Assembly (NCBI GenBank): GCA_038870635.1
Contig: JAVZJR010000001.1
Location: forward strand, 343,629 to 360,614
DNA from: Candidatus Bilamarchaeaceae archaeon
Lineage (GTDB): Archaea; Micrarchaeota; Micrarchaeia; Anstonellales; Bilamarchaeaceae
DNA: 16,986 nt
Reading direction: 5' to 3'
In this document: one piece after another, positions 1-7,310 of the stretch
Layout of the letters: the number at the start of each line of letters is the position of its first letter
Numbering within the stretch: the first letter of the stretch is position 1
Notes under the pieces: model-generated
Databases searched by the model: none
What the model was told of the DNA's origin: nothing
What the model saw: the letters and a program-made list of their open reading frames with translations, nothing else
Position numbers and translations under genes: made by a program

Positions 1-780
1 CGTAAAATCCTTTTCATCTTCTTTAACTCTATGAGAAGAAAGCATAATCTGATTTATCTCATCTGCTACTTCTTCTACATTTGTTCCTTCCTTTGTAGTG
101 ATTCTAATAGCTGTTATTTCATTTTCAGCAAGTCTATTGCTAAAAAGTTCTCTTGCATCTTCTATTGAGATATAAACAGCATCATCAAAACTCGTGAAAG
201 AGCTTCCTATACTTTCTAAAACACCTATTACTTTAAACTTTTTTTCGCCAAGGTAGATTGGGGCCCCAAGTTCTATTTTTTGGTCAAATTTTGTATATCC
301 TGTGTTATGCCCCAAAACAATAGCCCCTCTTTCATTATCTGCAAGAAATCTTCCTTTTTCTATCTTTATCGTGCTTGTTGTTTGTCTGAAAAGATCAGGT
401 TCAACACCATAAACCGAAAGTGTTAGCTGCTTGTCTTTATATTTTGTGTTTATAGCTCCTGTTATAACAGGCGTTATGTATTCTATTTCAGCAACTTTTT
501 TAACTCGTTCATAGTCTTTCAAATAAAGTTTTCCTCTTGCTGTGGAGAAAGCAGTGCCTGCTGTTCCTGTTCCCTGTAAGGTTGCTGGAGATATAATTAT
601 AGTGTTTGAACCAAATCCTTTTATCTGGTCTGTTATGCTATCTTTTAAGCCCTGCACAAGGCCAACTAAAACAACAATGGTGCATATGCCCACTATTATA
701 CCACTTATCGTAAGCCATGAACGGAGTTTTCTATATCGCAAAGCACCAAGGGCATACCGCACCATTTCAATTAACTGCAT
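1..780 (-). CDS. ABC transporter permease, MacB/FtsX family (N-terminal 260 codons; continues beyond window start)
   Basis: Not in the ORF track; translated by hand from ATG at 780: MQLIEMVRYALGALRYRKLRSWLTISGIIVGICTIVVLVGLVQGLKDSITDQIKGFGSNTIIISP, ending ...EDEKDFT at the window edge. This is the typical MacB-type N-terminus (R-S-x-L-T-x-x-G-I-x-x-G plus TM1) followed by an extracytoplasmic domain. It overlaps the upstream gene end by 10 bp. Confidence 0.92.
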   Translation of the reverse strand, partial: MQLIEMVRYALGALRYRKLRSWLTISGIIVGICTIVVLVGLVQGLKDSITDQIKGFGSNTIIISPATLQGTGTAGTAFSTARGKLYLKDYERVKKVAEIEYITPVITGAINTKYKDKQLTLSVYGVEPDLFRQTTSTIKIEKGRFLADNERGAIVLGHNTGYTKFDQKIELGAPIYLGEKKFKVIGVLESIGSSFTSFDDAVYISIEDARELFSNRLAENEITAIRITTKEGTNVEEVADEINQIMLSSHRVKEDEKDFT

Positions 781-2252
781 CTTTCACTACCTTTTTTTCT
801 TAAGAAAAAATACCATGCTAAAAGAGCTACCACTACTGCCACTCCAATAAATAGATAGATATCACTACCATTTTGCTTTTGATTTTCATATATCTTTATC
901 TGTTGCGTTATCTTTTTTGTTTTCCATTCGCCGGAGGCGTCCCGATAGTTAATGTTTAGTTTTACTTTATAATCACCAGGCGCAACCTTTGTTTTTACTT
1001 TGAATTGTACTGTGCTAAAATCATCTGTTGCTAGGTTGCCAATGTACTGTTTATTGCTTACATCAATATTTTGTAGAGCCTCTGACTCAATCTCGACCTC
1101 GACATTATTTATCTCATAAGAGCCAAGGTTAGAAACTAAAACAGAAAGTGTGTGCTCTGTTCCAGTTGTTAAAGGAGCAGGTTTTGCTTCTATATAAACC
1201 GCTACATCAGCGTCAGAAGTTATTGTAAGAGGGATATTTTTTATTTCCTCTTTCTCTATGTCTTTTTCTACCCATGTTATTTTTACAGGTATGCGGTTAA
1301 GACCGGGCGCGTATGTTGTAAATACTATTGCTTGCGCAGTTTTTTCTTCACCTGCCGCCAAATCTCCATAAAAAAATGAATCTCCATCTTTCATTCTTAT
1401 AGATTCATTAATAAAGTATATTTTTAGATTGCTTATCTTATCTTTCCCGTTATTCCTTACTTTTAGTACCAATAAACCTTCTTTTTTGGTTATTATCTCG
1501 CTTTGTTGCGTAAAAAGTAGGTCAAGTTGCTCTTTTTTCACTGTTAATCTGACTTTTCCTGTTTCTTCATGCTTTATACCAATCGCATCCTTATATTCAA
1601 TTATTATAGGTACTTCTATTGGTCCGTCATTTGCGTTTCTTGAGTCTAATGTCATTGTAAACTCTTTTTCTTTTATTACATCTCCAAGATAAAGTTTACT
1701 CTCACCAAGCATTCCGACGCCAGAGGAACTGTCTACTCTAACGATAACATCGCGTGCAATTCCTCCATTATTTGAAATCTTGAAATTTACGTAATCTACA
1801 CCAGTTAAGATATTTTCTTTGCTTTCTATAGAGAATATCGGCATTTGAACAACTTTTACCGGTACGGATATTGAAGTACTATAATAACTTTGAGAAGATG
1901 CGCTCGGGTTTTTTGTATACCCCCCTATTTTTATGTTTATAGAGTAAAAACCACTTTTTGCATCAGGTTTTATGCTGAATGGCAGTGTTATCACTCTTGT
2001 TCCAAGTGATTCGACATCCCCTATATTTTCTTGGCTAGAAATTGTTATTTCTGCTGGCGAACTTATTGATGCTACCACTCCAGTCATTGAGTCTGCAGAA
2101 GCAGTGCTTGGATTAGTTATCGTAATAGAAACATAACCCTGCGTACCGGGCAAATAATTATCCTGTGATAGTGTATACCCAGTTATTGAAAGTGCTGCAG
2201 AAGCGATCGCAGCAAAAACTAAAAACAAAACTAAATTTTTCATTCCATTCAT
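771..2252 (-). CDS. Cell-surface protein with tandem Ig-like/CARDB-type domains (COG1361 S-layer-domain family), signal peptide and C-terminal TM anchor
   Basis: N-terminal signal peptide (MKNLVLFLVFAAIASA), repeated beta-rich modules with N-x-G motifs (ISNNGG, VRNNGK, VSNLGS) and (Y)xGD/NL motifs, and a C-terminal TM helix plus basic tail (WYFFLRKK). SD GAGGTG lies at 2263-2258. This is the usual partner of MacB-type ABC systems in archaea. Confidence 0.8.
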   Translation of the reverse strand: MNGMKNLVLFLVFAAIASAALSITGYTLSQDNYLPGTQGYVSITITNPSTASADSMTGVVASISSPAEITISSQENIGDVESLGTRVITLPFSIKPDAKSGFYSINIKIGGYTKNPSASSQSYYSTSISVPVKVVQMPIFSIESKENILTGVDYVNFKISNNGGIARDVIVRVDSSSGVGMLGESKLYLGDVIKEKEFTMTLDSRNANDGPIEVPIIIEYKDAIGIKHEETGKVRLTVKKEQLDLLFTQQSEIITKKEGLLVLKVRNNGKDKISNLKIYFINESIRMKDGDSFFYGDLAAGEEKTAQAIVFTTYAPGLNRIPVKITWVEKDIEKEEIKNIPLTITSDADVAVYIEAKPAPLTTGTEHTLSVLVSNLGSYEINNVEVEIESEALQNIDVSNKQYIGNLATDDFSTVQFKVKTKVAPGDYKVKLNINYRDASGEWKTKKITQQIKIYENQKQNGSDIYLFIGVAVVVALLAWYFFLRKKGSERCS

Positions 2253-2261
2253 TTTAACACC

Positions 2262-2975
2262 TCAACTCTCGTTTTGTAATTTTCCATCTTTTATCCTCCA
2301 TATTTTTTTAGCTATTTTTGTTAACGAATTATCATGAGTTATGAGCACTATTGTTCTTCCTTTTTTGTTTAAGTCTACTAAAATATCTATAACTTCCTTT
2401 CCTGTTTTTGAATCTAAATTGCCTGTTGGTTCATCTGCCAGTATGACTGCCGGATTGTTTATAAGAGCTCTTGCTATTGCAACCCTCTGTCTTTGACCAC
2501 CGCTTAATTGACTCGGGTAATGGTCTAACCTATCACCTAATCCTAATTGTGTTAAAAGCTCTTTTGCTCTTTTTTCTCTTTCTGCGAGAGGCACCCCCCT
2601 TATGGTAAGCGGTACAGCTGCGTTTTCCCATGCTTTCATTGAATTTATTAAGTTAAACATTTGAAACACAAAACCTATTTTTTCTCCTCTGATGGATGCT
2701 TGTTCGTCGGGACTCATCTTTGTTGTTTCTATTCCATCAATATACACTTTTCCAGATGTTGGAGTGTCCAGTAGCCCCATTATATGGAGAAGAGTAGATT
2801 TACCTGAACCGCTCGGTCCAAGTACACAAGCAAAATCCCCTTCCTCAACAACAAAATTTACACCGCAAATGGCGGTTACTTCGACTCCTTCTCCCATATT
2901 GTAGACTTTACAAACATTCTCTAATCTTATAACTTCTTTTCCTTTCTTTTCATTTTTTTTGTTGATTGCTTTCAT
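2262..2975 (-). CDS. ABC transporter ATP-binding protein (LolD/MacB/MJ0796-type)
   Basis: Walker A GPSGSGKS, Q-loop GFVFQ, signature LSGGQRQRVAIARAL, Walker B/D-loop ILADEPTGNLD, H-loop ITHD. ATGA overlap with the padR stop. Confidence 0.96.
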   Translation of the reverse strand: MKAINKKNEKKGKEVIRLENVCKVYNMGEGVEVTAICGVNFVVEEGDFACVLGPSGSGKSTLLHIMGLLDTPTSGKVYIDGIETTKMSPDEQASIRGEKIGFVFQMFNLINSMKAWENAAVPLTIRGVPLAEREKRAKELLTQLGLGDRLDHYPSQLSGGQRQRVAIARALINNPAVILADEPTGNLDSKTGKEVIDILVDLNKKGRTIVLITHDNSLTKIAKKIWRIKDGKLQNES

Positions 2976-3334
2976 AGGATCATCTCATTGACGAATTTTC
3001 TCAACAATGGACATTTGTTATACTCCTCTTTTGCTATTCCTAAATATATCTTTCCTTTTTCTGTCGTCTTGTAGTATTTTTTTAGTCTTCTTCCTTCTTT
3101 TCGTGCTTCGCATGCGAGAAGTCCTTTTTTGCATAAGTTATTCAACATTGGGTATATCATAGCCGGTCGAGGGCTTGCTTTCACCATAGTTTCCTTTGCG
3201 AGAGTTTTTATTATCTCATAACCATTCATCTCTTTTTTAGATAAAAGCCAAAGTATAAACAGAATAGCGCTTTTCTTTACTACTCTCATCGCTACTTTAT
3301 GCATTTTCTCTATGCTCTCTTTGTTTTTTTTCAT
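2972..3334 (-). CDS. PadR-family winged-helix transcriptional regulator
   Basis: ILWLLSKKEMNGYEIIK...MIYPMLNNL.KKGLL...GRRLKKYYKTTEKG matches the PadR pattern. ATG at 3334 is preferred over the TTG at 3343. Confidence 0.9.
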   Translation of the reverse strand: MKKNKESIEKMHKVAMRVVKKSAILFILWLLSKKEMNGYEIIKTLAKETMVKASPRPAMIYPMLNNLCKKGLLACEARKEGRRLKKYYKTTEKGKIYLGIAKEEYNKCPLLRKFVNEMIL

Positions 3335-3341
3335 TGCAATC

Positions 3342-3365
3342 AATATATCATAATTCAGATATATT
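3342..3365. promoter_or_regulatory. Inverted repeat AATATATC-N8-GATATATT, candidate PadR operator
   Basis: Perfect 8-bp arms (3342-3349 and 3358-3365) with an 8-bp spacer, immediately upstream of padR and touching the minus-strand TATA-like TTTTAAAT (about 3371-3364). Confidence 0.65.
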
Positions 3366-3398
3366 TAAAAATTTATATATTAATCCACATCTAGATTT

Positions 3399-3851
3399 TT
3401 AAAGCTGTCTTCCAGGCCAGGGTTTTATCGAGTTGTTTAGTGCCCTCTTTCTTTTTTTACGTAATGGACAACTTATACTTCCTCGTCCGTCATAAATTCC
3501 ATGGCCGAGTACATGCCCTTTGTGGACTAGAACAACTACTCCTTTATCTATTTTTATCTTTTTTTGGACTGCTTCTCCAGCCGCATAGGCTTTTGCTTCA
3601 TGTTCTGTAAGAGCTATTATATTTTTCTTTGAAAGATGACCGAAAAGCTGGAAAAAATAAGGGTTTAACCCACTTTTTTTCGAGTAAGTCATAAAACCAG
3701 GCAAACCAAAAACACGATCAGTTTTTATCCCTTTTACATAAACTCTTATACCATGTTTTTTTGTTTTTGCTAGTTGTACATTTTGAGGAAGAATTAAACC
3801 TAATCTTTCATTTAAAAATTTTCTAAATTCTGGTCCGTTTTTAAATCCCAT
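3399..3851 (-). CDS. Basic RNA-binding protein resembling the RsmF/YebU C-terminal PUA-like domain
   Basis: C-terminal LTEHEAKAYAAGEAV...KGVVVLVHKGHVLGHG...PLRK resembles the RsmF C-terminal PUA-like pattern (L.EEQA..YL.GE....GYVLV...G..LG.G). Lys/Arg-rich, and starts 2 bp after the methyltransferase stop. Confidence 0.7.
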   Translation of the reverse strand: MGFKNGPEFRKFLNERLGLILPQNVQLAKTKKHGIRVYVKGIKTDRVFGLPGFMTYSKKSGLNPYFFQLFGHLSKKNIIALTEHEAKAYAAGEAVQKKIKIDKGVVVLVHKGHVLGHGIYDGRGSISCPLRKKRKRALNNSIKPWPGRQL

Positions 3852-3853
3852 TT

Positions 3854-4720
3854 TTACACCTTTTTTATCTTTGCTATGTAAAAACCTTCACTTCCTATTT
3901 GTTGAGGGTATATTCGCCACGTTTTTTCTAACTCTTTTCCATATTCGCTCAATCCATTGCTATGCTCTATTTCAAGGTTTATTTTTTCAACACGTGCGTC
4001 CTCTCTTTTTTCTAATAGAAACTGTATTACCCCTTCACATTCCTCTGGTGTTATTGTGCATGTAGAATAAACCAGAATGCCGTCTGGCCGAAGTGCGTCA
4101 AAAGCTCGTAATATCATCATTTTTTGTATTCTACCCATTTTTTCTGCTATCTCTTTACTAAATCTTCTAATCGCATTAAGGTTTGAACCAAGAGCAGTGC
4201 AAGGAGCATCAAGAAGCACGCGATTGAATTCACTTTTCAATGGATAGTTTTTTGCATCTCTGTTCGTAATTATGACATTTAAAACACCCAAACGGGCGAT
4301 GTTTGGTATGATTGCAATTTCTCTTTCAGGAAGATCATTGGCAACTAATGTTCCTGTGTTTTTCATTATGGCAGCAATCTGTGTTGTTTTTGATCCTGGC
4401 GCGGCGCACATATCCAACACATATTCATTCTCTTGTGGTTCGAGTACTAGTGGCGGTATCATGGACGATAGACTTTGGGGATGCAAATAGCCAAGAAAAT
4501 ACTCGAAAGTATTGCCTAACTGCAACCTACTTGCACAACTTCTGGCATCTTTATACCATCCATATTTTTCACATTCTATGTTTGTAATCTCGTCAAAAAC
4601 TTCATTACTTATCTTTATTGTGTTTACCCTAAAAGTATTTTTTTGGTTTTTTAACGCAAAAAAGAAAGCTTCATCGTTAGTGTATGTGCTTAACCAATCT
4701 CTAAATTCTTTTTCTTCCAC
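3854..4720 (-). CDS. RsmB/NOL1/NOP2/Sun-family RNA cytosine-C5 methyltransferase
   Basis: FRVNT motif, N1 motif QSLSSMIP, motif I DMCAAPGSKT, motif IV DAPC, motif VI YSTCT and motif VIII GFYIAKI. GTG start preceded by AGGGGA. Confidence 0.95.
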   Translation of the reverse strand: MEEKEFRDWLSTYTNDEAFFFALKNQKNTFRVNTIKISNEVFDEITNIECEKYGWYKDARSCASRLQLGNTFEYFLGYLHPQSLSSMIPPLVLEPQENEYVLDMCAAPGSKTTQIAAIMKNTGTLVANDLPEREIAIIPNIARLGVLNVIITNRDAKNYPLKSEFNRVLLDAPCTALGSNLNAIRRFSKEIAEKMGRIQKMMILRAFDALRPDGILVYSTCTITPEECEGVIQFLLEKREDARVEKINLEIEHSNGLSEYGKELEKTWRIYPQQIGSEGFYIAKIKKV

Positions 4721-4745
4721 ATTATCCCCTTTGATTTCCTCATAG

Positions 4746-4760
4746 CAAAAACTTAAATAA
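4746..4760 (+). promoter_or_regulatory. Putative archaeal BRE/TATA promoter for the HEAT-OB/rpo6 unit
   Basis: gcaaaaa followed by cttaaataa about 30 bp upstream of ATG 4791, with no SD, consistent with a leaderless or short-leader transcript. The AT-rich background lowers specificity. Confidence 0.4.
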
Positions 4761-4790
4761 CTTTACAACCAAAAACATTAGTTGATAAAA

Positions 4791-5963
4791 ATGGCGGAGA
4801 CAAGAGATCTTAATAAGTTAATCTCACTTACCTTTGATGAAAATCCAGCGGTCCGTATGAAAGCCGCTGAGATTCTTGGTAAATATGACGACCCCGCAGC
4901 AGTTTTTGCTCTTATGGAGCTTAATTATGATAAAGACCCAGCGGTTAGGAAAAAGGCACAAGAAATAATAAGCAGTAAGAAAGAGAGTGGAGGTGAAGAG
5001 CTTCTTTCATTTGCTGAGTTATTTTCACAGGGAAAGAAAAGCGATAAAGAAGAGCCGATGAGTTTGGATAAAAAAGAGAAAATATTATCACCAATATCAA
5101 AAATGTTTGAGAAACATTTAGGAAAAGAGAAGGCAGAACTTGTTAAAAAGAAAATGATGCCCACCATAGAAAAGATATACCATCAGTCCATAGGTGGTAA
5201 AAAACAAGAACCTGAAGAGCAAGGGAGAAAAGTTATCCAGGAATTTCTCACTAGTTATCTTGAGGCTCTTTCTGACATTGATGAGATAAAGCCAAACCAA
5301 CCAAAAACTACAACGTCAATTGTTGCAGAAGCTGAAGAAGTAAAAGTTGCTGTTAAAGATGAGAATGCTGAACAAAAAGAAGAGGAATTAGCAGAAGTTG
5401 GAAAAGAAGTTATAGAAGATAAGTTGGTTGAAGACTTACAGCGAATAGAAAATGATGAGATTATCGAAATAGAAGAAGAAAAAGAAATAGAGAAACTTCC
5501 GGATACATTCTTTAAGAAAGCTTATGAGGTAATGATGCTTTCAGGTGGAGATGAAGAGATAATGCACAGAGAGATGGAGAGAATGCTGAAGAATGCGGAG
5601 AAAGATATAACATTGGCATTTAAGCTTGCAAAGAGAAAGTTTAAGGAGAAAAAGATCACCAACATAACCAAAATAAGAGATGGTATGAGGAATATAAACA
5701 CTGACCCCTTGTTGGTTAAGGAAGTCGAAAATATTGAATATATAAAAAACAAAAGAACCAAAGAAATGGGGCTAGCTACAAGAATTGTTGTTAATGATGA
5801 AGAAGGAAATGAAGGAGTAATCTTTCTTTATGACGGACGGGGCAAGTTTGTTGCTCCAGGCATGAAATTAAAAGTCATCAGAGGACAAGCAAAACTTTTT
5901 GAATCCTCTGGTGAAACAGTAATAACTATTGGTAAAAAAGGAGAAGTGTATATAGTGCTTTAG
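4791..5963 (+). CDS. HEAT-repeat protein with acidic linker and C-terminal SSB/RPA-like OB fold
   Basis: Two HEAT/PBS-lyase-like repeats (LISLTFDENPAVRMKAAEILG and LMELNYDKDPAVRKKAQEII), a Glu-rich middle, and a C-terminal ~100 aa that follows the archaeal SSB OB pattern (I.KI..GM.NIN...LV.EV...VVNDEEG...IFLYD...V.PG..LKV..G.AKLF....ITIGK.G.V). ATG 4791 is preferred over TTG 4782. Confidence 0.75.
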   Translation: MAETRDLNKLISLTFDENPAVRMKAAEILGKYDDPAAVFALMELNYDKDPAVRKKAQEIISSKKESGGEELLSFAELFSQGKKSDKEEPMSLDKKEKILSPISKMFEKHLGKEKAELVKKKMMPTIEKIYHQSIGGKKQEPEEQGRKVIQEFLTSYLEALSDIDEIKPNQPKTTTSIVAEAEEVKVAVKDENAEQKEEELAEVGKEVIEDKLVEDLQRIENDEIIEIEEEKEIEKLPDTFFKKAYEVMMLSGGDEEIMHREMERMLKNAEKDITLAFKLAKRKFKEKKITNITKIRDGMRNINTDPLLVKEVENIEYIKNKRTKEMGLATRIVVNDEEGNEGVIFLYDGRGKFVAPGMKLKVIRGQAKLFESSGETVITIGKKGEVYIVL

Positions 5964-5972
5964 GTGATGCTT

Positions 5973-6155
5973 ATGGAACTCACAAAATATGAAGAAGCAA
6001 GAATAATAGGCGCAAGGGCACTTCAATTGGCAAAAGGTGCTCCACCATTAATAAAACCAAAAAGCGGGGCAAGTTTTATAGAAGTAGCAAAAGAAGAATT
6101 AAAGAAAGGCGTAATACCGCTTGTTGTTAAGAGGGAGGCTATTCTATCAGAGTAA
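5973..6155 (+). CDS. rpoK: DNA-directed RNA polymerase subunit Rpo6 (K/omega homolog)
   Basis: LTKYEEARIIGARALQLAKGAPPLI...VAKEELKKGVIPLVVKR is the Rpo6/Rpb6 signature. SD AGGTGA (5962-5967) overlaps the upstream TAG and points to ATG 5973. Confidence 0.97.
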   Translation: MELTKYEEARIIGARALQLAKGAPPLIKPKSGASFIEVAKEELKKGVIPLVVKREAILSE

Positions 6156-6729
6156 GTTCATATCCTTCCCCTATCTCTTTTGTAACTATTCTTCTTTCAT
6201 CTTCTATCCATTGGTAGACGCTTATATTTATGAAATCTATTTTTACTACATAGTTCTTCTTACTATTTATGTAATCAATTCTTATTACTTTTATTTTTAT
6301 AGGCATATCACAAAAAGTTTCGTTATTTATTTTTGTGCAAGCATATGCACTCCACTGCCAATCATCATGAATGGCTAACATCCATGGTTTAAAGAAAAAA
6401 ATAGCAGGGTCCTTCAAAGAAATATTAGAATTAGCACCATCAGTACCATCGTTTTTTATACATGAGAGCAGTTCTCCCCCCTCAGCAAACATCCATATAC
6501 AACCATTGCCTTTTGCAGCAATGAAGGTAAAATTACTCGAATAATTCCCCCTTACTGTATAAACTAATTTCTCACCAGGTTGGATGGCAAAATCCTTGTT
6601 TTTTATTAATGGTGTTTCTTTGTATACTAACTCTTCGTGTATTATTGGAGGTGGGGGGGAGAAGAAAAGCGTGCCTCCGATAACGAGCACTATAAAAAAC
6701 ACAAAACTTATTATTAGTTCATTTTTCAT
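6139..6729 (-). CDS. Hypothetical membrane-anchored extracellular protein
   Basis: N-terminal hydrophobic helix, PPPP linker, beta-rich domain with 4 Cys and 5 N-x-S/T sequons. Start overlaps the dcd stop (TAATG). Confidence 0.75.
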   Translation of the reverse strand: MKNELIISFVFFIVLVIGGTLFFSPPPPIIHEELVYKETPLIKNKDFAIQPGEKLVYTVRGNYSSNFTFIAAKGNGCIWMFAEGGELLSCIKNDGTDGANSNISLKDPAIFFFKPWMLAIHDDWQWSAYACTKINNETFCDMPIKIKVIRIDYINSKKNYVVKIDFINISVYQWIEDERRIVTKEIGEGYELTLIE

Positions 6730-7244
6730 TATTGCACCTTTGCGATATCTCCATATTTTGCATATGGTTTTGATGATGGTGTTTTAAGTTCGTGAAACAT
6801 AATCTGAGAAATTCTCATTCCTTTATGCAGCATTATAGGAAAAGGTGCAAGATTGACAATTTCGAGTACTTGTCGGTTATTACTTCCTGGTTGTACTATC
6901 GCGGATGTTATATGGATAGAAAGACCCATACGGGCGTATCTACTTCGTCCTTCGAGCTTTCCGACTATATCCGGAGCAAGTGTTATTTTCTCAATTGTTT
7001 TCCCAAGGCACATCTCGCCAGGCAAAAGTATAATACTATTTGCTTTTACTTTTTGATGGGCTTCTTTATAACTAACCTTTGCAAGGTCCACTACTTTATC
7101 AAGATAAGATTTCTTGAAAAACCACCATTCATCGCTTAGCGTAAGGTCAACACTGCCGGCACCAAGTTGGTCTTCGTTAAAAGGTTTTATTTTTATTTTC
7201 CCTTCCTTCATTGCTTTTTTTATATCAATATCGGAAAAAGTCAT
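6729..7244 (-). CDS. dcd: dCTP deaminase family protein
   Basis: SD.DI...I.I.PF....L...SVDLTL N-terminus, EGRS..ARMGL.IH, LEI.N, GMRISQI.F and C-terminal PY..YG match the trimeric dCTP deaminase fold. Confidence 0.9.
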   Translation of the reverse strand: MTFSDIDIKKAMKEGKIKIKPFNEDQLGAGSVDLTLSDEWWFFKKSYLDKVVDLAKVSYKEAHQKVKANSIILLPGEMCLGKTIEKITLAPDIVGKLEGRSRYARMGLSIHITSAIVQPGSNNRQVLEIVNLAPFPIMLHKGMRISQIMFHELKTPSSKPYAKYGDIAKVQ

Positions 7245-7310
7245 AATATAAACTCATTACGATTAATTAAAAACTTTTTTGCTGATATATGGACATTTTG
7301 GAGGGTAGTT

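Noticed and set aside
542..850. 102-aa plus-strand ORF, and the many other 60-170 aa ORFs antisense to recognised genes (e.g. 9357-9659, 12559-12963, 15681-16193)
   Set aside because: They lie opposite well-conserved genes, have shadow-like composition rich in F/S/I/L and show no motifs or RBS.
4836..4960. Repeated ccagcggt-like DNA motifs as a repeat array or CRISPR
   Set aside because: They are codons of the HEAT repeats (PAVR). No regularly spaced identical repeats occur in the window.
7167..7310. 48-aa N-terminal extension of GAPDH in the ORF track
   Set aside because: It overlaps the divergent dcd start. Homology and the GGAGG SD place the start at 7311.
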